A stretch of 64,000 bases of DNA from Camelus ferus (Eukaryota). Of this stretch, positions 51,545 to 64,000 are shown piece after piece (position 1 is the first letter of the stretch; each line of letters begins with the position of its first letter). The position numbers and the translations under genes were made by a program. The notes below the pieces were generated by a model, which was not told where the DNA came from, searched no databases, and saw only the letters and a program-made list of their open reading frames with translations. The stretch spans positions 84,446,001 through 84,510,000 of the forward strand of contig NC_045696.1 of NCBI RefSeq assembly GCF_009834535.1, written 5' to 3'.

Positions 51545-51980
51545 CACTTCTGCAGATTGACTCAATGGTTAAGGAATATAAAAGAAAGTCATTTTGAAAT
51601 CCTTACCATGGTTTACAAGACTCTGCCTAATGGACCCTCCTTCCCCCACATTTCCTTTTGTTCACTACACTTGAATCATATTGTTTTATTTAGTTCCTGG
51701 AGACACCAAATCTATCACTAAACGTGGCCTTGGTACGTTTCCTCTATCTGAAATACTGTTCCATCAGAACTTTGACAGGGTAGCCTTTTTATCTTTCAGG
51801 CCTTAGATCACATGGTACCTCTTTAATAAGGTTTCTCTTTATCACTTTATATCTAAAGAACACCTCTTTCTCTCACAATCAGATTATATCCATTTCCCTA
51901 TTTTATTCAAAGCATTCATTTGTAATTATCATTCTTCTATATTTAAAGGAACTTATTCATGTTATTGTTGTATCCCAAAT
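51545..51980 (+). mobile_element. L2 fragment
   Basis: aaatccttaccatggtttacaagactctgc...atctttcaggccttagatcacatggtacctc. Confidence 0.6.
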
Positions 51981-52484
51981 GAGTAGAGCAATATATTTAT
52001 TAGACATTTAATGTGTTACACTAATTCAATGGCTATATGGCCATACCTAAGAAAGATTGCAGATGATGTATATTTAACTTTAACATCTCTATTTGTGCCG
52101 TGTGCCTTCACTTCCATCATTCTGACTGAGCTTTACAGTAGACTCCTACAGAAGTATTAGCTATGTTTTTTCCATGGACATCTTTTGACAACTTTTTCAA
52201 TATGGTGTGAGTTCCAAGTTGTATGTCTTCACTTGTAATTGTAACTGTTGTTTAAAACAGGATTGGGCACCATCTCTTGTTCTAAAGTCATTTTCTATTT
52301 GTTTTAAGAGTTGATGCCAGTCCTGAAAACAAATACCTATGTATACTTTTAGGAGTGCGTGGATTGAAATATGTTTAAGTGGACAGATACTCTTCATTTC
52401 TGTAGCCAAAAATAGAGCTACCCAATGATGATGTTCTCTCATTTGGAGTTGGTGCTTGTGAGTCTTACATATGGTTTTGTTCAT

Positions 52485-52760
52485 TTAGTTTATTCCTTAA
52501 CTAGATAGTTACTGAATATAGTCAGGAACTGGAAATGTTTTGGGAAAGAAACGTACACAATTCCTGCTCTCAACGAACTCACAACTAGGGGAAGAGACAG
52601 AAAGTAACAAGTGAACAGAAGTAAATACGTCATTGCTACATGTCTGATTCCATCAACAATTGAACTGGCTTGAATATTAGTGACGCTGAAGCTGGAAACC
52701 ATTTAAAGATGTCAAGAAGGGCTCTTGGATGAGGTGAACTTTTATCCAAAGTTAGAAGAA
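52485..52760 (-). mobile_element. L2 3' fragment
   Basis: tttattccttaactagatagttactga...ttcctgctctcaacgaactcacaactaggggaagagacag. Confidence 0.6.
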
Positions 52761-53587
52761 CAAGAAGAAATGCGTCGAAAAATGTTCCGTCATAGTACGG
52801 AATGAGACAGTCTTACTCCAGTCCCTTAATTTCAGCATATAACACATTGAAAACCACTTGTGAAACCAACCCCTTATATCGTAGTGGTCTTGCCGCAGCT
52901 GATGTGTTTTCCTCTTATGGCTTCTCTTTCAGAATCAAATGCCGAGTGGAAGGAGTATCTGTTTTCCAGCAGTCTGTCAGGATATGTTACACACTGGAAA
53001 CTGGAATCAATTGTAAATCTGACAGCATAGTGGAACGTTAACTTTAAAATGCCTTTTAGAGAGCACAAGGGAGTTCTGAATGGTCTAATCACTTTTTCCA
53101 GAAGGCACCTGCGATTCTACTAATTTGCCTCCGAGGAAGTCCATGAAGAGTGAAAGAAGAACAGACGGCACTCAGTAGCTGAAGTAGGTAAACTGCTGTT
53201 TTGCACTTGTTTTCTCTTTATTCATCGCTTTGCGAGAGGAGCTATAAATTGGTTAGTAAAAAGGATGCTTGAAATGTTTTATTCTTTTTTCTTGGAATTG
53301 TGGGGTCTTGGGGTATATATCTAGATGTAACAAGATTATTTGGAGACAGTGATGTTCTAGAATGAAGCATCAATATTTAATGTGCTAGAAGATTTTAAAG
53401 GTTAAAAACCCTTTTTGCTAAAAGTCCTGCCTGTTTGAACAGAATTTTGTGATATTTGGTATGCTTACCAGGAGTGTGCTGAAGTAACTAGCAGTGACAG
53501 TGCTCAGAGCACTTCTAAAGTAGAAACTACAATTCCAGTTCTGGTGATAATGTCAAACCAAACAAAACCAAACCAAAAAACCTCGGT

Positions 53588-53590
<3 letters not shown>

Positions 53591-53624
<34 letters not shown>
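53591..53624 (+). repeat. (GT)17 microsatellite
   Basis: Read directly from the sequence. Confidence 0.97.
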
Positions 53625-53628
<4 letters not shown>

Positions 53629-53679
53629 CAGCTTTTAAAAGCACTTCACACAAATAACTTTCAATTTTCATATCATTTG

Positions 53680-53940
53680 ACTGAATAAACTTAATTTACT
53701 TCTGGGAATATATACTCTGAGAGAGTAATTCAAAGATGAAACAGTTACATTCATCAAGATAGCCATTGCATCCTTCTCTATAATAACAAAATCTTGGAAG
53801 CTGTCCATATGTCCAAAAATTAAAAATGTAAATTTTGTTGAATTTTCTTAGCATAATATATTGCTAACCATAAAGTAAAATTGTGGGAGTATATAAAACA
53901 AAATTGGAAAATATTAAAACTAAAATGTTAAGTGATGAGG
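53680..53940 (+). mobile_element. Old L1ME 3' fragment
   Basis: atttacttctgggaatatatactctgagaga...caagatagccattgcatc...tataataacaaaatcttggaagc...tgtccaa. Confidence 0.55.
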
Positions 53941-56279
53941 AAGAAGAGATAATGATACAATTTTCCTTTTCCTCCTGAGTCGCTGTTCCAAAGTTGTCCC
54001 CCAGAAGCCTTAAAAACAATTTATGTAGGGCCAACTTTCCACCTCGAAATTATTCTCCTTTCTGTGCTTCTTGTCTTGTGAACTTTATCACTATAGACAC
54101 GAAACTGAGACTCTAGAAACCTTGGATTTATCTTTGAGGTGTTCCTCTCTTACAAAATCTACCGTCTCCATTCTTCATTCTCAGGGCTTATCCTCTGCAT
54201 AGTCTGGCCCTCCCCTTACTGTGACTTGCCAACTCAAGTAGCCACCTCCATGTCCTATATGGCCACCTCCAGGTTCTCCCTTCTGTAACAGATATATTCT
54301 AGTGAAACAGAGGAGCAATCATGTCAGTTCTCTGCTTAGAAGTATTGATGGCCCTCCAGTATATATGGGACAAACTTTTTCATGAGATAAATGTTGACAA
54401 ATATTGTATATTTTCTCTCCAGATGTCAAGTGAAAAATTCAAGATTGGCAGGAGAGTTTGGAACTTTGGTAACAAGAATAAAGAGTTTACCAAATTAGGA
54501 TCAGATGTGATATTGAAGACTAGAGTATAACTGCCCATGTACATGAAAGCTTTGACAGCCTAGTCCATGTAACCTCATTTTTGAAGAAGAGAATTATGGA
54601 ATCTTATGTATGGCTGAAGAGATTTGAATGGCCATAGAGAAAGGGATACATACCAGGTTAATAACATAGGATATAGGGGAAATTAGCTGTTTTTAAATTT
54701 ATATATGTGTTTATTGAGTTGATGGTTATGGTAAACACGTGAAGATTTGCTATTATTATTTTATTTATTTAATAAAATATTTTTAAGAAATAGAGCCTAG
54801 AGTGCAAGAAAAAAAAAAATGTAACAACACTAGGTGACATTTTATGTTAATGAATTAAGGGAGTGTGGCAAGAGAAATGTTGACTTCCACTCCAGATTGC
54901 CCAATTCAATCCTCTGGGACCAGGGGGGATAAAAGGATCAGGGCAGATGCTCTGTACAGAAGAGAGAATGTACATTTGGCTGGACTATGATTTCAATTAT
55001 AGTATTTTTTTTCTTTAACAACTAGGAGATGCCCAACAGAGTAGGAAGGTTAATAACTTTAAAAAATTACAATGATTTGGAATATATCTGTGTCCCATGT
55101 TAAAGGAAAGAATAATTTCAAGCAGGTTGGATTTCCTATCCTGCACATAAAAGACAAAGTAGTGAGGGGTTTTGCTTGCTCAGTAGTAGGCGGAAGGAGC
55201 CGGCGTGGGAGTCTGTGAGTTGAGGCAAATAAGAATCACAGTAACCTTCAGTCCTCCTTGAAGGTGACGGAAGATGTGAAAGACTCTAGGTTGTACCTAA
55301 ATTCACATAAACAGAGCTGGAACATCTGCTCCTAGGGAGGCGACAAGCCAAAATTGATTGAGTGCACAGTTATCATTTGAATCTGCATAAGGATTAAAAC
55401 ATTTAATCAATAAGTATTGAATAAGTAATTTGTACATGGTCTGCTAAAGGAGAAATATGTTGCTGGTATATTCTTTTAGAAAGGTTAAGTATTGTCTTTC
55501 TCAACCACTTTCAAGAACAATTAAGTTTTTAATTAACAGAATCTTACTTTATTTGGCAAGAATTTTAAGCATCCATTTAGGAAAACTGCTCCTTTTACCA
55601 TTTATTGCTGGGCCTGTTTGGCAAGCATCATGGAGAAAAGAAGCAGAAAGTCAAATTGCTTTCAGAAAGGCATCATTCAACTCTTCTTGATTCTTTACAC
55701 TGTAACGTTTCTTTTGCTTCAATGATTTTTGTTCTTTTGATGGCCTAAAATGTATGGTATATGGTGTTGAGTATAAAATGCATAATTAACATGAAATAAA
55801 TTTTCCTTATGATTCTCATTCCATAATTCTGTGCTTTGCACCAGTTCTGCACATTATATTATGGCTTATTTCTTCAGCCCCTAGGTCTTTTTCAACAAGA
55901 CTAATAAGAATGAACTAAAAGATGGAAGCTAATAAGCAGGGAATAGTTTTAGAGAACTGGAAAAATATGGAGTTAAATTTGGTGACTCCATAATAGGCAG
56001 TTTATCAATTTAAATGATTGCTCATCAACAGATACCAATTTCATAATTTCTTTTGTCTTTCTTCTCTATGCTCTGTTATTTGAATCAGTTGAGATTCAGC
56101 CAAGTATCTCTTCCTCAATGAAGGCTTTCCTCCATTTCTCTAGTCAACACTCCCAGGTAGACCAGTCATCTCTCCTCTTGTCTCCTTTGGTATCATCTGT
56201 GTATTTTTGCTGCACTTTTTACCATACAGGCAACGTGTGGTAATACTGGTTCCTGTTTTTCTTGCAAAGAAGAATTTGC

Positions 56280-57960
56280 AGTTTTTATAATAGCTTTTAT
56301 GAATTATTTATGAAGAGACAATTAAAGATTAATCATACTTTACCACATATTTACTCCTTTTTTTGCCCTTCACTACCTTTTGCACTTCTGGCACCATTTT
56401 CCTTTTGTCTGAAGATACCCATTTACTGTGATGTGTCTTTACTGTGGGTTCAGCTGGCAAATATTTTCTTCAGTCCATGTTTGCTTTGGCATTTCCTCCG
56501 TTTGCTTTCACTTTTAAAGAATATTTTTTCTGGATTTAGAATGTGATGGTAGTAGTCTTGTTTTGATTTTTTTCCACAGTGCATTAAAGATATCAATCTA
56601 CTATCTTCAGGTTTTCATCGTTTCTCTTGTAAAGTCAGCTTTTGGTCTTCTTGCTGCCCCTTTGATGGTACTGTGTCCTCTACTTTGACTATTTTTAAGA
56701 TTTTTGAAAATGATTTTTTAAAGATATTTTCCTTTTCTCCTTGGCTTCCGTAGTCAGTTGTACTGTGATGTAGCTAATTGACTTTTCTTTATATTCATAC
56801 TGTTTGGGATTTTCAAACTTCATGTATCTGTAGATTGATGTCATTCATTAGTTACACAATTTTGGTGCTATCATCTCTTTAAAAATTACTTTTTCCTTAT
56901 TCCTTATTTATTCCTCTTCTGTGACTACAATTGCACTTGTGGTACAACTTACAGTCTTTGTGTACTGACCATCCTTTTTTTCTCTTCATGCTTCAATCTG
57001 GATATATCCTACAAATGTATATAGTCCAGCTAACTAATCTTTTTTTTAGCTATGTCCAACTTATTTAGTTCTTAATCTTAATTACTGTATATTTTTTAAG
57101 TTCTAGAATTTTTATTTTCTTCTTTTTTATTAATTCCAGTTCTCTGGTGAAAATTTCAATCTTGTCATACATTTTTTACAGCATCTTAAATCAGGTTATT
57201 TTAAGGATCATGGCTGATAACTTCAACATCATTGCCACCACTGTTTTTTCTATTATCTTTATTTTTGTTCTATTCCTAGGTATACCTGTCAACTTTTGCT
57301 AAAATTCTAGATATTTGTATGAAAAACTGGAGACACTCTGGATGATGTCATCTTTCTGCAGAGAGGATTCCCCCAGTCCTCTGGAGAGACACAGAGGATC
57401 AGAGCACCACAATCCAGTTGGGGGCTAAGTTGATTCTATGCTGTGTTGCTGTCTTTGTAATAATTGTTCTCTCTGATTCCCTCCACTTCTAAGGTTTAGT
57501 CCCACAGAATTTCCAAGTAAGTGTCTAAGTTTTGTATGATATTCCCTTTTTTCTAGGGCCTAAGATATAGTTTTGACTCCCAGGCAATGTGGCATGACAG
57601 TCCTGCTCTGCTTTCCTCCTACCTTTTTATACCCTTGTCTTGTGCATCTTATTCCACAATCTTATGTGGGGGAAAATGATGCCAAATGTGAGGCTTCTTT
57701 ATTTGACTTTACCATCTCTCTGGGATTTTGTTGCCTTAAATCCAGGCTACCATAGCACCACTGATTTCAAATTTTTTTCTTCCTGTCTTTGGGAGTTGCC
57801 TCAAGCTCTGTAATCTACTCTACATCTTAGTTGAAACTCTTTGCCTGACTCTTGACCTCATGCTCTCTTCCAATTATTTTAAAACATCCTGAGGAGAAAG
57901 AGGCAGGCAGAAAATTGAGATCATCTAAGTTAGCTTTGTCTTAAGCCATAATTGTTTTGG
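56280..57960 (-). mobile_element. Old L1M 5'/ORF1 region, degraded
   Basis: ttttaaagaatattttttctggatttagaat; cattaaagatatcaatctactatcttc; tatctgtagattgatgtcattcattag; taagttctagaatttt; ttccagttctctggtgaaaattt are antisense L1 ORF1-region motifs. Confidence 0.7.
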
Positions 57961-58479
57961 CAATTTCTAATGCATTTAAACAAGTTTTAAAACTTTTATA
58001 TGGATTTCTTGCTCTTATGTTGTTAGGAATACTAATTCAGTTCAAACTATTCCATCATAGCCAAAGCAGAAGTCAAAATTCTGCATTTTTTAAATGGAGA
58101 ATGTAACCATTTCTATATTTTGGATTATTTCACCAGTCTTATTTGTTTAAGAAGTTTATAAACTGTATTCTTTTTGTCATTAATCTCTTATTTAGTGACT
58201 TGCAAAACTGAGCAGTTGACCCCGTGAAAGTCTGTCTGAGCACCTTTGTAAACAGCTGTCTTCTCTTTAGCCTCCCTATGTTAACTTCAGTCATCAGCTC
58301 TTTGTACTGTGTGTTCTATTTATCAGTTGTGGTTTTTTTTTTGTAATGACGCCTTTATTAGTTATTGTTACATATGAGAGGTTATGTTTTGGTGATATCA
58401 TTTTTCCCATTAATCTTGTCTTTATTTGGATACTGTTATATATGCATATAGTATACATGCTTGGAACAACTGATTGTTC

Positions 58480-59830
58480 TTTTTATTTTTCAGGAGCTTT
58501 TTCATATTTTTTGAAATATAAATTTTGTTGCATTTTTAGAATAGATTTTCCAAGTTTTTATTTCCATCTCTGATGAAAATAAGTCTTTTTTGGATTTTTC
58601 ATTAGATAAATTAAATAAAAGCATGCATTAAAAAATTCCTAGAATTGATATATTTACAGTATTAAATGTTGCCTTTCAGGTATATAGTTTCGATCTGACT
58701 TATTAAAACTAGTTTTAGATCTCAAAATAGTTTGGCATTTAATTTTCTACTGGTTATACCTATTTCTTTTTATTCCTAGATATTTTATATGTTTTTGCTG
58801 TTACTAATGGCTTGTCTTTGGCATTGCATTTTATGAACTGGAATAAGATTTTCTACTGAATGGTTTAAAAATGTCCATACTTTATCTGGCCATTTTACAT
58901 TCTACTTGTTTTTAATCCTCATCATTTTTTAATGCACTAAGTTTTTTTTTTTTTTTTTTATAAATTAAGCTCTAGAATCACGCTACTTGTAAATAATAGT
59001 AACTTAATGACAATCTTACCTTTTTCTATTTAATAACTTTATATTTCTGTTTCAGACCCTATTTTTTGAGCCAAAATGTCTCAGGAATATCTTCAACATT
59101 AAGTATAATAGTTGTCGATATTTTGTCATATTCTTTATGTAATTATAGATATACTCTTCAAACTCTAATTAAAATATGATTTTTTCTTAGCAATAGATAT
59201 TGAATTGGGTTAAATGATTCCTTATGTCTTTCAGCAGATCTTCATATTATTAATAACTTTGTTAAGCTATTTGATGAGATGATCTATTTTATTAAATATT
59301 TTAACATTTTCTTTAAAGTTTTATTCATCACATAAAAGCTATGTGGTAATGGTGACTTTTGAAATACATTACTAAATGTTATTTTGTAATTTTTGTTTGA
59401 CTTTCACATTTTGTGCCTAAAAACATTTTATCTGTAACTTACTTTTTCACGTTACACTTGTTAGTTCTTAGAACCTAGTATGCCTGCTGTAAGCACAGAA
59501 TTGGGTAGCTTTTGGGCTATTCTTATACTCTTGAAAAGCTTATAGAGTATCTGTAACTTGTTATTTGAGAGTATTTATAAATAAAACCATCTGAACCAGA
59601 ATAAATTTTGTAAGATAATCCCTTGAGAATTTTCTCAATTTCTTTCCTTGTTATTGGGACTTATTCAAATGTTCTGCTTTCTTTGAGGCAATTTTGGTAA
59701 TTTCTAGTTCACAGGAACTATCCATTTCATTATAAAGTGTATCTTAGTGACATATGGAGTAATACTTTCTAAAATTTTTCATTACAAATAAATCTGTTTT
59801 ATCTCAGTTGTCATCATTCTGTCTAATCTT
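58480..59830 (-). mobile_element. Old L1ME-like ORF2 region, degraded
   Basis: gaattgatatatttacagtattaaatg; tttattcctagatattttata; gatattgaattgggttaaatg; gaattgggtagc; ataaaaccatctgaacc are T-rich antisense L1 ORF2 motifs. Confidence 0.65.
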
Positions 59831-61669
59831 GTTTGTCACATTTTCCCCTTTGGGCACTATGTTGATTAAACAAAACAAACCAAACTAGAACAGAAAAATA
59901 TATTCTTAACCTTGATCAAAGAACTTCACCAGACTTGATATTAAGATAGGGAGCACAGATTATGCTCAGTTTCCTCACTGAACTCCAAGGTCCCCAGATT
60001 CTATTTTTCTGATATGGAGCTGGACGTTAGATTCTTACATTTAGCATCTCACAGTCTCCTTGATTCCCAGTAGGTACAATATTTGGAGAAGAAAAATTTC
60101 CTAGGGCTCTAACTTGCGCGATATGAAAACAGATCAACAGAACTAAGGGTGATTCATGCAGCCTTTGGAGTTTTATGCCACCAGTACACAACTGCAAAAG
60201 AACACCCAGAGGTCTTCCTCTAGATTTTCTTTCTGCCATCAACAGTATATCCTTTGGAACGTATATTTGTGCATCCCATGTAGTTCTCCATCCTGTCCTT
60301 GTTGGTAATCTTTCTTGTTGCTCTTCATCCAATATGGCATCTCTACTGTACCTCACTCATTCTGGACTGTCTTTATCCTTCTCTGCCCTCTGTCCATCTC
60401 TCTAGTCAGTTCAATTCTGTTTCACTGGCTGCATGCCTTGAATTTCCCTTAAATTAGGGCTATCAGTAAGTCTAACCAAGACCTCTCATTGAGACTACAT
60501 AGTTTAGGTTGAGGGGAGACTCTTAGTTTGAGCATTCATGCTTTCTTAATTCTGTCTTTTCAATGTGGAGAGTAGTTGAAAACACTTCAAATATTTGACA
60601 TATGTTATTCCTATTTATGTATTTCTAGGATTTTTTAATGTAAAATAAGGAATGGGAAGGCAAAGGGGAGAGTGTTTGTGTCTGGAAGTCTTACTACAGA
60701 GTTTAAACTTCATTGGGAAATATGCTCTTCATCCCATCAGTATTCTAAAGCCGTTTCTCTCTCAGTGTGAAGAGGGATCAACTCAGTGGAGAGGTGGAGA
60801 TAAATGGGGGACTATAATGGTCCAGGAGAAGATATTTTGATCTATATTTAAATAAACAGAAGAGACAGTGAAAGCTTTGGATGCTGTTTTATGTTAGAAA
60901 ACAAAAATATTTATCAAAGGATAGTGGCAGAAAAAGAGCACTGAGGACAGAAACACTGTGGTATTAACAGCATTGGTGACCAGAGTATAGAAGGCAGGCA
61001 ATCAGGTATAGAAAGAAGACTTTGAGATAACGGGAGACAAGAGATTAGGAAGAAGAGATTGCAGAAGAGCGTTATAACCTCACTTTGTTAGTCCCAGGAA
61101 ACAATCTATTTGAGAACACAGTCCCTGATATAATCATGTTACCAGTTAAATAAACCAAATAAGTAGAAAATATAATACAAAGCAAAGGAATAATACACAC
61201 CTTTAATAAATGCTACTAGATCCTGTCCCATTAAGTCTAATTCTAGAGATATTGGCTGTAATTAAGCAAAAGTTGAACATTACAATTATTTCAGCAGCTC
61301 CTCTCTTCCAAGAATACTGTAATAAACACTATAGGACTTCCCAGGCAATGATGTATGAAGTGAATTCAGAGAGCCCATGAGAAATGTACCCAAATTAAAA
61401 AATGGGTGGCTTGAGGGTGGCAAGAAGCTATGCCAAAGGTCTAAAATTTTACTCATCATCATTTCAAGCAGGAATAATATGTAGGATGAAAAAGAAAAAA
61501 TGCCTAGGTTTCTAATACAACACTTAGTTTTCTCTAAATATTTTTAACTTATTTAAAATGTAAATTTCTTTTTCTCTACAATATACGTATATTGGGTTAC
61601 AAAATTAAACGTAATGTAGAATAAAATAATGAATGGTGAGATCAGAATAGAGACCAAATGCAGCTGTAT

Positions 61670-61790
61670 TTCTTAACGTTGGGTACACATGTATCCCTCT
61701 GAGAATCCAATGAAAGTTTTGGACCCTATTTTGAGAAAATGTTTAAATAAAACCTCAGGGATCTCACCAACTTTTTGAAGTCCAATCATA
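61670..61790. mobile_element. hAT-Charlie MITE fragment, family uncertain
   Basis: atccctctgagaatccaatgaaagttttggaccctattttgagaaaatg. Confidence 0.5.
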
Positions 61791-63089
61791 TATAGCCAAA
61801 AACATAACTTCTTTGTAAAGATAGCAAAAAGAAAGAACTTGTGAGATTCTAACTTCATAAATTTGCTATTTGAGACCATTAAAGTTGGCTCTGAGGTTTT
61901 TTACAAACCGAATTAGAAAGGGAGATGCATTTAATCCAATTTCAGTTCTGTCTGAGGTTCTTGTTCACCACATATAAATTAATTTAAAGGTAACTGGTCT
62001 AGGTTCTGTTAAAAAAAAAGTGTCATTCCCATGTTTTCTGAATAGGTAACAGAGAGAACCCCCGGAAGTCATGTGCTCTCTTGTTTTCTCATTCATTTAG
62101 AAACCAGTCCTTGGTCAATACATGAGGGTTCAGAGATACCAGCCTAAGTGCCACAGCTGAGTGATCAAACACTACTCTGCTTTTGAGTTTAACTTGTGGC
62201 TCAGTGTGCCCTCTCAGTCAGGAGACTAAGTTCTCCTGAACCTCCACCTCAACAGTAAGGGTCGATCTCTTTCTTTTGGGGCTTTTTGAAATGAGAGCAT
62301 CCCATTCAATCTTCTAAAATTAAGGCTATAATACATAACAAGAACAAAAAGTAGTATCTATGATCAGAACTGCTTCCATCAGTCCAGTGAAAGGCTGCTC
62401 ACCAGATCTTGGTCATTCCTTCAAAGCAGAAAGAGGAAAATCTGCTGAACTGTCTATAGCCGTATGTTCCTTAACTCATGAGTTGCCAGAAGGCTGTAAA
62501 GATATTGGAGGTATATATATAATGTATACCATTACTCCCAGTGTAACAATGCCAAGGATGATTGCTCCCCAGTTTAGGTTGAATAAGATCACAGGCTCTA
62601 GCTGAGTTTTAAAATGCTACTATTTCTGTATTGCTTGACTGGGGTGGGTACTGGGGTGGATCCTCTGCTTTTATCCAGGTAGAGGTTTTGGCATTGGCCT
62701 CAACCACGAGTGAATATCACAAATAAAAAGGTAACTGCCATGGACCATGAATGAAAGCACAGAAAATTCAGAAGTTTTGTTAGAATTAGCAAGAAGTGTA
62801 AACACCGATAGAGTTTCTGTTAATGAAGTCCCTGGTAAGCAGAAGAGACACAAGTAATTCCAGGAAGTAAGTTGTGACAAACTCACTTCAAGGAAAGTTC
62901 TCTGATGGAAAATATATTTTCATATTACAGCCATTATTTTCTTGGTGATGAAGGTTTCTTTACACACAGGGGCTGACTTATTACAACAAGTGGTCACAGA
63001 AACATCAACCCATCTTTTACCAACAGCATTGTGTTAAACCATCTTTATTATCTGATAGAAAATACTATCTAAATAAATCAGTACAGAGG

Positions 63090-63260
63090 TGACTAATGTT
63101 TTTAAAGCTTGTACTATGTACAGGACCTAATGTATATGATCTTTAGTACATGAACTATTGTAGGTTGGTCTCTATTTTATAGATGCAGAAGTTACAGCTC
63201 AGAAGCTAGCCTAAAGTGGAACTTTGGAACTTGGATTTGTAGATACAAAGTTTCCTGGAT
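63090..63260 (-). mobile_element. MIR
   Basis: gcttgtactatgtacagg...ctctattttatagatgcagaag...gctcaga. Confidence 0.55.
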
Positions 63261-64000
63261 AAAAGCTTAATTAAGGATGTGATCTATATTTTCGAAGAAA
63301 GTAGAAACTGTTCACAGAGGATGGAAAGGACTAGAAGATAAGACAAGCTTAGGCAGAGTATAGGTCTGGCTAGACAGTGCCTTGAGAACTGGGACAATGT
63401 ATGGGGACACAGAAGATCTGTGCATCCAGTAAGGAAAATATTGGAAATTGCCTGGCAGTGACTCTAGATAGATATTTGGAATTCAGGTTGCCTATGAAAG
63501 AGAAAGAAAAGAACGATATAATTTATAGCATTGAGGCAGAATCAGCGAGACAGCAAGAGAACTAATGAATGATGACTATTGAAGCAGATGATCAAGAAGA
63601 AAGCAGGAAGGAGGTGCTCCTAAAGTGATATTACATGGCTTTCTGGTCCCAGATAGCTGGCAGATGTATACTATTGATTCAGAAATTGCCTCCTGAGAAA
63701 TTATTCAAAGACTATCATAATGATAATAAATATTAATTACTAGAATATTGGTTATAATGTTTGCTTAAAATGGCTAAATCTTAAATGCCTCAAAGGTATG
63801 TGGCCTGTTAAAAATTAAATAGAGTATGCATAGAGATGGCTGGATAGATTACTGAATACCTATGTCTATATGTCTATATACACATATATATGTGCCATGA
63901 AATGTTGAGCAATCTTTAAAAATGATGCTGTGCAATGGTGGTTCCAGGGATTAAAGAATAGATATCTTTAGGTATGAAGATCTTTTAAATTATAACATTT

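Noticed and set aside
60027..60356. 109-aa minus-strand ORF with a charged N-terminus
   Set aside because: It has a non-ATG start, no recognisable motif, and its 3' end runs into MER5-like sequence.
1..64000. Supplied ORFs (60-137 aa) as protein-coding genes
   Set aside because: They are short, many overlap L1, MLT or L2 repeats, and none shows a recognisable cellular domain. The number is plausible for chance ORFs in non-coding mammalian DNA.

Overview
AT-rich, CpG-poor placental-mammal genomic DNA, either intronic or gene desert. I find no recognisable protein-coding gene, CpG island, CRISPR array or intact RNA gene. Many supplied ORFs overlap repeats and none has a recognisable cellular-protein motif. 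The window is a mosaic of old interspersed repeats (L2, MIR, MLT1/MLT2 LTRs, hAT MITEs, L1M, one tRNA-Ile-headed MamSINE1-like SINE), younger L1 3' fragments with target-site duplications (TSDs), and microsatellites. The young L1 3' ends, with no Alu, B1, Bov-tA, PRE1, Can-SINE or ERE seen, suggest a cetartiodactyl, most likely a camelid (inference). Points worth a second look: (1) a ~2 kb L1 derivative with 5'UTR and ORF1 joined directly to the ORF2 tail (HAL1-like); (2) a minus-strand recursive-splice-site motif with a downstream donor defining a 150-nt RS-exon-like segment; (3) several isolated plus-strand exon-like segments that could belong to a spliced lncRNA; (4) repeat-free, enhancer-like blocks and one CTCF-like motif. 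I see no convincing novel biological system. Repeat family names come from recalled consensus similarity, not a database search, and old-repeat boundaries are approximate.
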